Shown here piece after piece: positions 25,601 to 33,415 of a stretch of DNA of 48,139 nucleotides (the stretch's first letter is position 1; every line of letters begins with the position of its first letter). A model generated the notes under the pieces. The model searched no databases. It saw only the letters and a list, made by a program, of their open reading frames with translations, and was not told the DNA's origin. The translations under genes were made by a program, and so were the position numbers. The stretch comes from Candidatus Woesearchaeota archaeon (lineage in GTDB: Archaea; Nanobdellota; Nanobdellia; Pacearchaeales; GW2011-AR1), in contig CAYXZJ010000002.1 of NCBI GenBank assembly GCA_964470085.1, positions 1,467-49,605 of the forward strand, given 5' to 3'.

Positions 25601-27007
25601 AAAATCCTCACCAATAAGATAGCATTCACCATCCACCTGCCATTGATGACCATTAGCTATACAATCTTCCGAATTATTATATCTACAAATTCCAGAACTA
25701 TCACGTTCACCAGGACATTGAAAACATTTATCTGAAAATACGTCATACCTATATATATTATAATTGTTATAATTTTTTATTAAACATGCATCCTCTGTAG
25801 ACAATAATGACGCATTATATTTTACACAAAATGCCTGATTTTGATCTTGAGGGGTATTGCAAAATTGACTTTCTCCACAATCAGAAGATGTTGTACAGGT
25901 TTTTCCTAAAACAGTTCCACAAATTCCATTAATACATGTTTCTTTAGAAGAACAATCTAAATTATCATTACATGTACCTGATTTAGAAAAAGAAGGTAAT
26001 CCATCCATATAAGAAAATTCGACTTCAGCTACTGATCCTATTTGTGACCAGCATTTACCATCTTGCTGCCATATTGTTGTATAATATTTATTACTTTCAC
26101 GACAAGTTCTTTCAGTCATGATACCATAATAATTTGCACCATCATAGCATTCATTATCTATCCATACAAAACCATCCCCCACACATAAATCTGCATTATC
26201 ATATGACCAAACACCATTTTCATATTTTACACCATCAAAATTCGAACTACGATCATAACACACATCATCTATCTGCCATGTTCCACCATTAGCTATACAA
26301 GCTTCCGAATTATTAATTCTACAAATTCCATCTTTATCAAATATACCATCATCACATTTAAGACAACTTTTTGAAGATCCATCATATTTGTATACTTTGT
26401 AGTCCTTAGAATTTTGATTTTCACATAATTGTTTATTAGACAAATAAGTAACTGAAATTTCTACTGAGGGAATTTCGTCAATAGTATCATTTTTTGAAAC
26501 ATTTACTTCGACACCATGTATTATTCCAGAAACATTTCCAGATTCAAATGAACAATTAATTAATCTTCCACCGCTTGCTAAAAATCCAGCAATACCACCC
26601 ACATTATTTCCACCAATTACAGTAGAATCAGTTACATGCAAATTTTTTACAACACCACTTGAACCAATATAACCAAACAACCCTACGTTTTCTTCATATG
26701 GTTTACTAATATTTAATCCAACTATAGCATAACCATTACCATCAAAATTCCCATTGAATGGATTTGAAGAACCTCCTATTGGGGAAATAGAGGTATTAAA
26801 ACAATCAATATCACTAGCTAATTCATAATAGGCATTCATTAAATCAGAATTTTCTAATGAAAGTAGATTATCTAAATTTGAACAAGAATCAATTGTATAC
26901 GGAGAACTTTGTGTTCCAATACCCTCTCCTTTCCACGTACCTGCAAGAGACATACTAATAAATAATACAAATCCTAGACATAACAGTATCACCTTTTTTG
27001 AATCCAT
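22694..27007 (-). CDS. Giant (1437 aa) secreted surface protein: GLUG-type repeats split by a Cys-rich module, LamG/ConA-like lectin domain, C-terminal Ig/CARDB-like region
   Basis: Signal peptide MDSKKVILLCLGFVLFISMSLAG. GLUG-like motifs NVGLFGY, NVGGIAGF, NIGGLVGK, YFGGLVGY, YVGGFAGY, YVGGFIGV, ending with WDLGGVWKLVDSDYPKLTW. LamG-like FGGWIKT...WNHIMVV...LYLNG...FNGFIDEFKIFN. NITNIGKVDVTDLTLNV is CARDB-like. Confidence 0.85.
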   Translation of the reverse strand: MDSKKVILLCLGFVLFISMSLAGTWKGEGIGTQSSPYTIDSCSNLDNLLSLENSDLMNAYYELASDIDCFNTSISPIGGSSNPFNGNFDGNGYAIVGLNISKPYEENVGLFGYIGSSGVVKNLHVTDSTVIGGNNVGGIAGFLASGGRLINCSFESGNVSGIIHGVEVNVSKNDTIDEIPSVEISVTYLSNKQLCENQNSKDYKVYKYDGSSKSCLKCDDGIFDKDGICRINNSEACIANGGTWQIDDVCYDRSSNFDGVKYENGVWSYDNADLCVGDGFVWIDNECYDGANYYGIMTERTCRESNKYYTTIWQQDGKCWSQIGSVAEVEFSYMDGLPSFSKSGTCNDNLDCSSKETCINGICGTVLGKTCTTSSDCGESQFCNTPQDQNQAFCVKYNASLLSTEDACLIKNYNNYNIYRYDVFSDKCFQCPGERDSSGICRYNNSEDCIANGHQWQVDGECYLIGEDFSELYYNTTSNSWQLNEKGCSNKNFDWKEDACYYFSESTCDGVYFSSGQCFEKGSDDYIAFYENEYTIEDYIEEFGGCVDSEGWHHSDGNCGEPVVIDDSSYDDDYEEVSSSTDNNGVTTIVSKNYASGYEACMGDEECLKHYEQGGTIEVIAPVLLPLIPFVSASQLDVPDVSGNNIGGLVGKSHGIIDSCFVSDTYIQPILTNSEYFGGLVGYVVSSTITNSYVRNSNVGISGSKKNGKGTTYVGGFAGYVENGEITNCYSALNTINGRTYVGGFIGVNSAVIKNSFTKENVLNIAGLNYDSSVEGCFTSWNKNNNLDLVYSQSICGTEYKEECDYNSCRAWGKSCKCGSFWCARQKPKCWDSSLSINAFTNLNSNVNGITDIGSTKVTGTGISRSGLFKEWDLGGVWKLVDSDYPKLTWSENNKNSTIYSLRKKICEGKYQCGRIEEYGINCGTCSSNLYTCENNRCTSSNIIDIKTNIIQPRINCVSELNPILKYGIYDSKLLKNISFTKGTLNKNLDMSNLIYSVSFDSSNDMRSGVFGEYGDNNNGIWNENGIYGGALKFVANNKSNFNTKVKNFVDNSFSFGGWIKTNEEHEIDGNSLDGTLGVAGQKYAVWPDHHGDTGAGLGLSVGTNGISVYGHGTNYMPALLTYNADIGNDWNHIMVVCDSNKIMLYLNGHNVKNSSKISKTLYSPTIIGGGSYGYFNGFIDEFKIFNESLDSSEIEFLYESNVRPGNINTNDYWEFETRLADSEKYEYKLDVCSLAGSCISSGKQSIMVGNCDVNVLINEISSIEENMWKYNITNIGKVDVTDLTLNVNTDEFQLIIEPSNFINNESRTIEDSIILEKGQSQNITVMFNPKDDTILDMVPTLMDDGRIYLSKNVELTFGFNNQNNYETKQITLKYYLSCNESNKDTIYTLNGDKYTCICNKFCKEGEYCPCVTSPKIGELYKIINGIASVVFNVTRF

Positions 27008-27053
27008 AATATAAAAAACTTAGTTCGAACTACTTTATAAATATTTCTCGGAA

Positions 27054-27353
27054 TTAATTAAAAAATCTAAATAAATTAATATCCTTAATTATACAAAGTA
27101 AATATATTCCACCAAGAAGAAGAGTTAATATTATTAAAAAGATTAAGAAACCTTTTTTCTTTTTCGGTACACTAGCTTCTCCAAGACTTTTATATTTTAC
27201 ATCTTTTTTTAATATTTTTTTTCCATTTAACTCATTCAATGCTTCGTTAAATTCAGATTCAGAATATCCTTTTGATAAAATTTCCTGTTTTAAATCATCA
27301 ATGTTATACTTTTCCTTATTCTCTTTCAAATAATTTAAAACAACTTCATTCAT
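27054..27353 (-). CDS. Small tail-anchored membrane protein with N-terminal helical domain
   Basis: Likely start is MNEVVLNYLKEN (27353), because the longer track ORF would run to within 6 nt of the tRNA-Thr 5' end. ...LSKGYSESEFNEALNEL..., then KKKKGFLIFLIILTLLLGGIYLLCII TM. Confidence 0.6.
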   Translation of the reverse strand: MNEVVLNYLKENKEKYNIDDLKQEILSKGYSESEFNEALNELNGKKILKKDVKYKSLGEASVPKKKKGFLIFLIILTLLLGGIYLLCIIKDINLFRFFN

Positions 27354-27445
27354 GAAAACACCTCTAACATCAACATATAATTTAATATATAAATATTCCC
27401 AAACAATAATAAAACTTAAAAACATATGAAAATAGTTCATAACAT

Positions 27446-27517
27446 GCCTGTATAGCTCAGTGTTAGAGCATCTGCCTTGTAAGCAGAGGGTCGGGGGTCA
27501 GAATCCCTCTACAGGCT
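27446..27517 (+). tRNA. tRNA-Thr (anticodon UGU), 72 nt, non-canonical D-loop/T-loop
   Basis: GCCTGTA TA GCTC AGTGTTA GAGC A TCTGC CTTGTAA GCAGA GGGTC GGGGG TCAGAAT CCCTC TACAGGC T. All four stems pair and the discriminator is U. The D-loop lacks GG and the T-loop is TCAGAAT. Confidence 0.8.
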
Positions 27518-27560
27518 TATTTTATCTATTCTTATAATACACTATTTTAATAAAATATAT

Positions 27561-28034
27561 TTATTTTTCAGAAGCAATTATCCAAATAATTAGTCCAACA
27601 ACTACTAAAACAACCAAACCTGTACCAAAAACACCTTTTGTTGCTAAAGAACCAAACCATCCAGAAATTTGTGTATTTAATCCAGTTGAAAATAAAACTA
27701 CTCCTATAACAAATAATCCAACTAAAATACCTAATGCAATTTTTAATGGTTTGGGGGTATTTTTTTCAATATCTCCAACAACAAAACCATATAACACAAA
27801 AAATATAAACAAAATAGCCAAACCGACACCAAGCCAAGGCATGATGTTAACAATAAAATCTCTTGGTTTCGGAAAAGAAATTAATAATGCTGCTATAACT
27901 AAAGAAAGAATAGAATTAATTTGATGTTTTTTATCTCCTAAAATTTTCGTCTTTTCTAATATTGCAAAAGTTAATACAAAAACCAAAATGAATGGTAATG
28001 CCATCTCCAACAAAAAATCTTGTACAAACTCCAT
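27561..28034 (-). CDS. 4-TM membrane protein, LPF-x-LVF...AILEKTK family (paralog 1 of 3)
   Basis: ALPFILVFVLTFAILEKTKILGDKK aligns with the same motif in the 39544 and 40057 ORFs, and the TM layout is the same. Confidence 0.75.
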   Translation of the reverse strand: MEFVQDFLLEMALPFILVFVLTFAILEKTKILGDKKHQINSILSLVIAALLISFPKPRDFIVNIMPWLGVGLAILFIFFVLYGFVVGDIEKNTPKPLKIALGILVGLFVIGVVLFSTGLNTQISGWFGSLATKGVFGTGLVVLVVVGLIIWIIASEK

Positions 28035-28076
28035 AAAAGATAAATAAGAACTCTGTTTAAATACTTTTTTACATTT

Positions 28077-28715
28077 TTAAAGTATAATTGAATAAAATTC
28101 TTCAATATCTTTTAATGATAAAATAGGTAAAAAATCTTCTTTTGACAAATTAATAATATTTTTTATATTTCCGAATTGTTTCAATAATTCCTTTGCCTTC
28201 TTATTTCCAATTCCATAAATTCCCTCAAGAAAAAATATTTTCTTCTCTTCTATGGATTTGGCCTTTTTAGAATATCTTACTTGTCCAACAGTCACATTTT
28301 TACAACTCATAAATTTCAAAAATTCAGCAGTTTCTTTTTCATTATTAACAAAAAGAATTGGGACACCTAATGTCATACAATAAGAAGAAAAGAATCCCCA
28401 AAAGACATTTTTGTTAAATTTTTTATATTCCATTAGTCCTTCAATTAAAATAATTTTTTGTTTTATTTCAATCATATTTTTTACTTGTTCCTTAATTCTA
28501 CCTGAATATATACTAGAAAAAAAATCACTTGCCGTTTTTCTTTCAACAACAATATCATTTACTATATAATCTCCCACATCTAATTTTTCAAAAACCACAT
28601 TCATTTTTAATTTAAACAAATAAGCAGGAACCATAGAATTTTTTTCTCTTGTATCAACAATAATAGTTCGTTTCTTATCAACTGGCATTTTTTTAAACAA
28701 GAAAATATCTTCCAT
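28077..28715 (-). CDS. XPF/Hef-type ERCC4 nuclease with C-terminal (HhH)2
   Basis: IIVDTREKNS, VGDYIV...VERKTASDF (ERKxxxD), GIYGIGNKKAKELLKQFGNIKNI. Confidence 0.85.
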   Translation of the reverse strand: MEDIFLFKKMPVDKKRTIIVDTREKNSMVPAYLFKLKMNVVFEKLDVGDYIVNDIVVERKTASDFFSSIYSGRIKEQVKNMIEIKQKIILIEGLMEYKKFNKNVFWGFFSSYCMTLGVPILFVNNEKETAEFLKFMSCKNVTVGQVRYSKKAKSIEEKKIFFLEGIYGIGNKKAKELLKQFGNIKNIINLSKEDFLPILSLKDIEEFYSIIL

Positions 28716-28766
28716 TAAGGTATAAAAATAATTATTATTATAAAACTTAAAACAAAAATTGGATAA

Positions 28767-30311
28767 TTAAAGAGTTAATTGTTTCTGAGAATCAATATTT
28801 AATCCATTTTTTTGTATATCATCAATTACTTTATGCATTTTCTTTTCTTTATTATATGAAGAATAATAATAAACCTCGTCCCTTGTTGCCTTGGTTATTA
28901 AAACTTTTAATTGTCCAGGAGCTAACCTTGCAGTTCTTCCAGTTCTTTGAATTTTTCTAATTGCTGAAGGAACTGGTTCATAAAAAATAACTAATGAAAC
29001 TTCCGGAATATCCAAACCTTCTTCCGCAATAGATGTAGCAATCAAAATATTAATATCTCCCGACTTAAATTTCTCGACCATTTCTTTTTGTTCTTTTTGT
29101 TTCAATCCTGTTTTAACTCCACGAGTATTTTCTTTCATCGCTTGTCCAACAAAAATTCCCGGTTTCGCCCCAGAAACATCACTCAAAAATTCTTTAATTT
29201 TATTAATGGTTTCTCTAAATTGAGCAAATATTATTATTTTTGAGTTTGTATTTTCTTTAAATGAATTTTTTATTATTTCTTTTAATTCATACAATTTCGG
29301 ATGTTCCTTTCCTAGATTTAACGCTAAAGAATAAGCTTTAGAAAAACGAGGATCCGAAGTTATTTTTTTTACCGCACGAGATTGATTTTCAGAAGATTGT
29401 TTGTATAATTCTCTCATATATTCAACAAATGAAGAAATCGTTTGAGTCTCTAACAATTCTACTGCATGAGAAATTTTCAATGCCTGAGCGCAAAGAGAAA
29501 CACCAATCATACTATTACCGTCCTTATTACTCTTTCTTAATTCAATCATTAAACGATTCTGTATTTTCAATAACATTACCTTATTTGCATACCCAAAAAG
29601 AATTTTTCTCTCCTTTAGTTCGTTTAATTTATCGTTATATATTTCATCTAATAATATTTTTATCTCCATAAACTCATTAGGAAAATCAACAAATATTTTT
29701 TCAAAATCTAATTCTTGTAAATACGGTTTAACATCTGGAGATTCTCTCGTTCTAACTTCTACTCTTTTTATATTCATATTTAGACAAACATCTTCAATTG
29801 TTTTTTTATCACCACCAGGAGAAGCAGTAAGTGCTAATATCTGACCATCATCATTTTGAATCTTATATCTAGTAGCAATTTTGTTATAAGAATAATTTTT
29901 GAGACATCTATGGGCCTCATCTATGATAAGTAAAGAAACGTCTTTTAGATTATACAATTCCTTCTGAATATCATTACTAATACATTGCGGAGTAGAAAAA
30001 ACAAATTCTGCAGTTCTCCATACTTTTTTTCTATTATCTGCATTTGTTTTCCCAGTAAACAATTGCATATCTGCCCATCCTTCCGGAAACGATTTTTTAA
30101 AAGAATTCAAATGTTGTTCGATTAAAGGTCTTGTTGGAGCCAAAATAACAACTTTCTTCAACGGATTTTTAATAAATTTATATTCTGAAAGCATCATCGC
30201 AATTAATGTCTTACCTGTTCCAGTTGGTAAAACAACTAAAGAATTAACATCTTTAATAGACTCAAAAATCGTCTTCTGATATTCTCTCGGATTAATAAAC
30301 AAACCTCTCAT
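28767..30311 (-). CDS. hef: Hef/FANCM-type SF2 helicase (helicase part only)
   Basis: REYQ, VLPTGTGKT, IIDEAHRC, ALTASPG, QRTGRTAR. A helical insertion lies between the RecA lobes, as in Hef. Confidence 0.85.
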   Translation of the reverse strand: MRGLFINPREYQKTIFESIKDVNSLVVLPTGTGKTLIAMMLSEYKFIKNPLKKVVILAPTRPLIEQHLNSFKKSFPEGWADMQLFTGKTNADNRKKVWRTAEFVFSTPQCISNDIQKELYNLKDVSLLIIDEAHRCLKNYSYNKIATRYKIQNDDGQILALTASPGGDKKTIEDVCLNMNIKRVEVRTRESPDVKPYLQELDFEKIFVDFPNEFMEIKILLDEIYNDKLNELKERKILFGYANKVMLLKIQNRLMIELRKSNKDGNSMIGVSLCAQALKISHAVELLETQTISSFVEYMRELYKQSSENQSRAVKKITSDPRFSKAYSLALNLGKEHPKLYELKEIIKNSFKENTNSKIIIFAQFRETINKIKEFLSDVSGAKPGIFVGQAMKENTRGVKTGLKQKEQKEMVEKFKSGDINILIATSIAEEGLDIPEVSLVIFYEPVPSAIRKIQRTGRTARLAPGQLKVLITKATRDEVYYYSSYNKEKKMHKVIDDIQKNGLNIDSQKQLTL

Positions 30312-30343
30312 AAACTTAATAATTAGAAACTATTTATAAAAAC

Positions 30344-30634
30344 TTACATTTCATCTTCATTACTAGCTACAATACTCTCTTCTTCCTTAACTGCAGGAAC
30401 TGCATTTCTACTTATAATAACAATATCACCTATAGCTTTAATAAATTGATGAGGAACAATAATACCTCTAGAACCGCCTAACAAATTCAACATAGTCAAA
30501 TCTTTAGCAACAATTCTCCAACCATCTATTCTATTATTTACGATGTTTATCTCCTCTACTTTACCGAAGAATTCACCATTATCAGTATAAACTTGTTTCT
30601 CAAGCATATCAGCTATCTTTTTTATTCTTAACAT
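30344..30634 (-). CDS. PRC-barrel domain protein
   Basis: KQVYTDNGEFFGKVEEINIVNNRIDGWRIV...IVPHQFIKAIGDIVII is a typical small archaeal PRC-barrel pattern. Confidence 0.65.
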   Translation of the reverse strand: MLRIKKIADMLEKQVYTDNGEFFGKVEEINIVNNRIDGWRIVAKDLTMLNLLGGSRGIIVPHQFIKAIGDIVIISRNAVPAVKEEESIVASNEDEM

Positions 30635-30686
30635 GTTTAAGTATTATTTATTTCATTTAAATACATTTCTATAATAAAATGTACAA

Positions 30687-32069
30687 TTATGCCATTTCAC
30701 AATCCCATTGACTACATAAAGCCTCTTGGAACTTTTCATCAGATCCATCTCCCTTTGGCCAATCAACCATAGAAGATAATTTACTCATAGTCTCATCATC
30801 CCATTGATAAAATATCAATTGTGTGAAAGCATCCTCTGATTCTGATGGTCTATATGTCATAGAACTTGTTGTAATAAAAAATTTACCCCCATTTGGATTA
30901 ATACTTTCCGGTAATAATATACTATATTTAATTTTATTATACTTATTTTTTTTAGGCATGATAGAACAATCAGATGAATATATTTCTATTTCTTTACCAT
31001 CTTTATTAGAAGCAGTTTTTGTTTCACATTCTATATAATATTCTTTAGTGAAATATGTTTCACCATTCTGATAATAAGACCTTCTTATGTAATCACAAAC
31101 TCCTTCTGTACAACTACCTTTTTTATAAATAAAATAAGAATCTTGACTATTTATATTATAAATTCTTTCTACAACAGAATAATCCGAATTAACATCTACA
31201 TCCATTTGTCCGTAAATATACTTATTACCATATAACCAATTTGGTTCACTTAATAAAGGTACATTCTCATCGTTAATATAAACTTCATTTTCTCCTACTG
31301 ATATAATTATTCTAGCAATCTCAAGTGGTTTACCATCAAATATAGCAAAAGTTATATTAACTGTTCCTATTATAATTGTATCATTCAATAAATCATATTC
31401 TTCTGTACAAAAATCAAGATCTTTATTGTTTTGATCTTGATACGAATACATATTATTACATTTACTTGTTGTTTTTGTCATTGAAATTTTATACGCAGCT
31501 TCATTTTCTTTAAAGTTTACATCAAATTCGTTCCAATATAAATTATTTAATATCAATGGGTTTTGCCCCTTATTCGTCAAATATTGTTTATACGTTATCT
31601 CAGATTCTAATTCATTATCCATTGAATCCTTTATATTTATTGGATTTTCAGAATAATACTGTTTGGTGTCTTCCCTAAATTCAAAATATGCGCAAACACA
31701 ACATGTAGAATATGCATCAAAATTTTTCTTTGAAAAAATATCATATTCACCCTTTCCCCATAAATTCCAACATTCAGCCATCTTAGTTAAAATTTCATTA
31801 GTAGCCCTTTCAGTATCATTATAATCTATTTGAATTCTTTGAGATTTACATTTTAATGGATATTTTTCTTTTAAATCCATCAATGTTAATCCAGAAACTT
31901 CAACATCTGGGATAGTATTACGCAAAATAATACTTTCTTTACAAATTTCTTCATTCACATCATCATCATTAAAATATTCTTGAAAAATCCAATACAAACC
32001 TATTGACATAACAATCAAAGCTAATATAATTGATATAATCCAATACGAATATCCTCTTTTATTTTTCAT
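30687..32069 (-). CDS. Membrane-anchored extracellular protein of unknown function (460 aa)
   Basis: N-terminal signal anchor YWIISIILALIVMSIGLYWIF. Asn/Tyr/Cys-rich ectodomain with no motif I recognise. Confidence 0.7.
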   Translation of the reverse strand: MKNKRGYSYWIISIILALIVMSIGLYWIFQEYFNDDDVNEEICKESIILRNTIPDVEVSGLTLMDLKEKYPLKCKSQRIQIDYNDTERATNEILTKMAECWNLWGKGEYDIFSKKNFDAYSTCCVCAYFEFREDTKQYYSENPINIKDSMDNELESEITYKQYLTNKGQNPLILNNLYWNEFDVNFKENEAAYKISMTKTTSKCNNMYSYQDQNNKDLDFCTEEYDLLNDTIIIGTVNITFAIFDGKPLEIARIIISVGENEVYINDENVPLLSEPNWLYGNKYIYGQMDVDVNSDYSVVERIYNINSQDSYFIYKKGSCTEGVCDYIRRSYYQNGETYFTKEYYIECETKTASNKDGKEIEIYSSDCSIMPKKNKYNKIKYSILLPESINPNGGKFFITTSSMTYRPSESEDAFTQLIFYQWDDETMSKLSSMVDWPKGDGSDEKFQEALCSQWDCEMA

Positions 32070-32146
32070 ATTTTTAGATTATTTTTAAACTTAATAAAGA
32101 TAATGTTAACAAACTTTTAAAAAACTACACACCCTAAGTTACTCGT

Positions 32147-32217
32147 GATCCTGTAGTCTAATGGTAGAACGTATCGTTGACTTCGATGAGGCCCAAGTCC
32201 GATTCTTGGCAGGATCA
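32147..32217 (+). tRNA. tRNA-Val (anticodon GAC), 71 nt, unusual U37 and C55
   Basis: GATCCTG TA GTCT AATGGTA GAAC G TATCG TTGACTT CGATG AGGC CCAAG TCCGATT CTTGG CAGGATC A. The D-stem is imperfect. The 3' end overlaps the M16 peptidase stop codon by 3 nt. Confidence 0.65.
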
Positions 32218-33414
32218 TCTTTTGTTTTTCAGAACAAATGTAGAAAATTCAATATTATCTACTAATGATTTTATATCATCTAATGTTATTTCAGAAACTT
32301 CTTTTTCATAATTATAATAATCCTCAGCCGATGAATACATTTCGCTAAAAATCAAATTCAATGCAGTATCATTACTACTTTCTGAATGAACTTTTCTATT
32401 ACCAATTACTTTTATCTTTGCCTTTTCCAATTCATCTAAACTTATATTTTTCATATCATAAAATACTTTTTTTGAAATTTCAATAACTTTCGAAACATTG
32501 GACTCATCAGTTCCTGCAAATATTAGCAAATAACCATAATTTCTACCAATATCTAAATCACTTTTAATTACATAAACCAATCCCAATTTTTCTCTAACTT
32601 CCTCGAATAGCTTACTACTCATTCCATCTCCAAAAATTGCATTAAAAACTTCAATAGCAATTCTGCCTTTTCCTTTGTACGGGACATGAACTCCCAATGC
32701 TAAATTTGATTGTATTATTCCTTCTCTTTTCTCAATAGAAGAGTTTATTTTTTTCTTCACATCTAATTTATCAATTTTTAATCCATCTTTTTGAAAACCG
32801 ACGTATTTTTGAGCAAAACTAACAACATCTTCAAATGAATTATTTCCAACAACACACAAAAACGAATTTTTTGGAACATAGTAATCATTATGTTTCTTTA
32901 CAACTTGTTCACGGGTTAATCTTTCTACATCTTCTACATTTCCACCGATAAACATACCAAATGGTTCTTCATATAAATTTGTCTTAAGCATTTCCATTGT
33001 ATGACTCGATGGATTATCGTTATACATATTAATTTCTTCCATTACTACATTTTTTTCTTTTTCGAATTCATCTTCTGGAAAATTCGCATTAAAAAAAACA
33101 TCACCCAAAACATCGACTGCTAATTCCAAATAATTACTAGGTAATCTAACATAATATGCAGTAGTCTCTTCATGGGTAAATGCATTTAATTCACCACCAA
33201 CCGACTCCAAAGAATCAGAAATTTGTTTTGTAGTTCTAGTAGGTGTCCCTTTAAAACAAAGATGTTCAATCAAATGAGAAATTCCCTTTTCGTTTATTGA
33301 TTCATACATTGCTCCATATGGAACAGCAAACATAACAGTCGTAACATCAACATCACGTTTTTCATGTAATATAGTTAAACCATTAGACAAAGTAATTTTA
33401 TTAAATTCAACCAT
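32215..33414 (-). CDS. M16 (pitrilysin) family zinc peptidase
   Basis: Inverted zincin motif HLIEH (ISHLIEHLCFKGT) and a downstream E in NAFTHEETT. Confidence 0.85.
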   Translation of the reverse strand: MVEFNKITLSNGLTILHEKRDVDVTTVMFAVPYGAMYESINEKGISHLIEHLCFKGTPTRTTKQISDSLESVGGELNAFTHEETTAYYVRLPSNYLELAVDVLGDVFFNANFPEDEFEKEKNVVMEEINMYNDNPSSHTMEMLKTNLYEEPFGMFIGGNVEDVERLTREQVVKKHNDYYVPKNSFLCVVGNNSFEDVVSFAQKYVGFQKDGLKIDKLDVKKKINSSIEKREGIIQSNLALGVHVPYKGKGRIAIEVFNAIFGDGMSSKLFEEVREKLGLVYVIKSDLDIGRNYGYLLIFAGTDESNVSKVIEISKKVFYDMKNISLDELEKAKIKVIGNRKVHSESSNDTALNLIFSEMYSSAEDYYNYEKEVSEITLDDIKSLVDNIEFSTFVLKNKR

Positions 33415-33415
33415 T

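Noticed and set aside
22694-27007. Diversity-generating retroelement target (TR/VR pair) in the giant surface gene
   Set aside because: The internal repeat mismatches are not adenine-specific. No reverse transcriptase or non-coding template repeat is visible anywhere in the window.
29429-29671. 80-aa plus-strand ORF
   Set aside because: Antisense shadow inside the Hef helicase gene.
30823-31038. 71-aa plus-strand ORF
   Set aside because: Antisense shadow inside the 460-aa ectoprotein gene.
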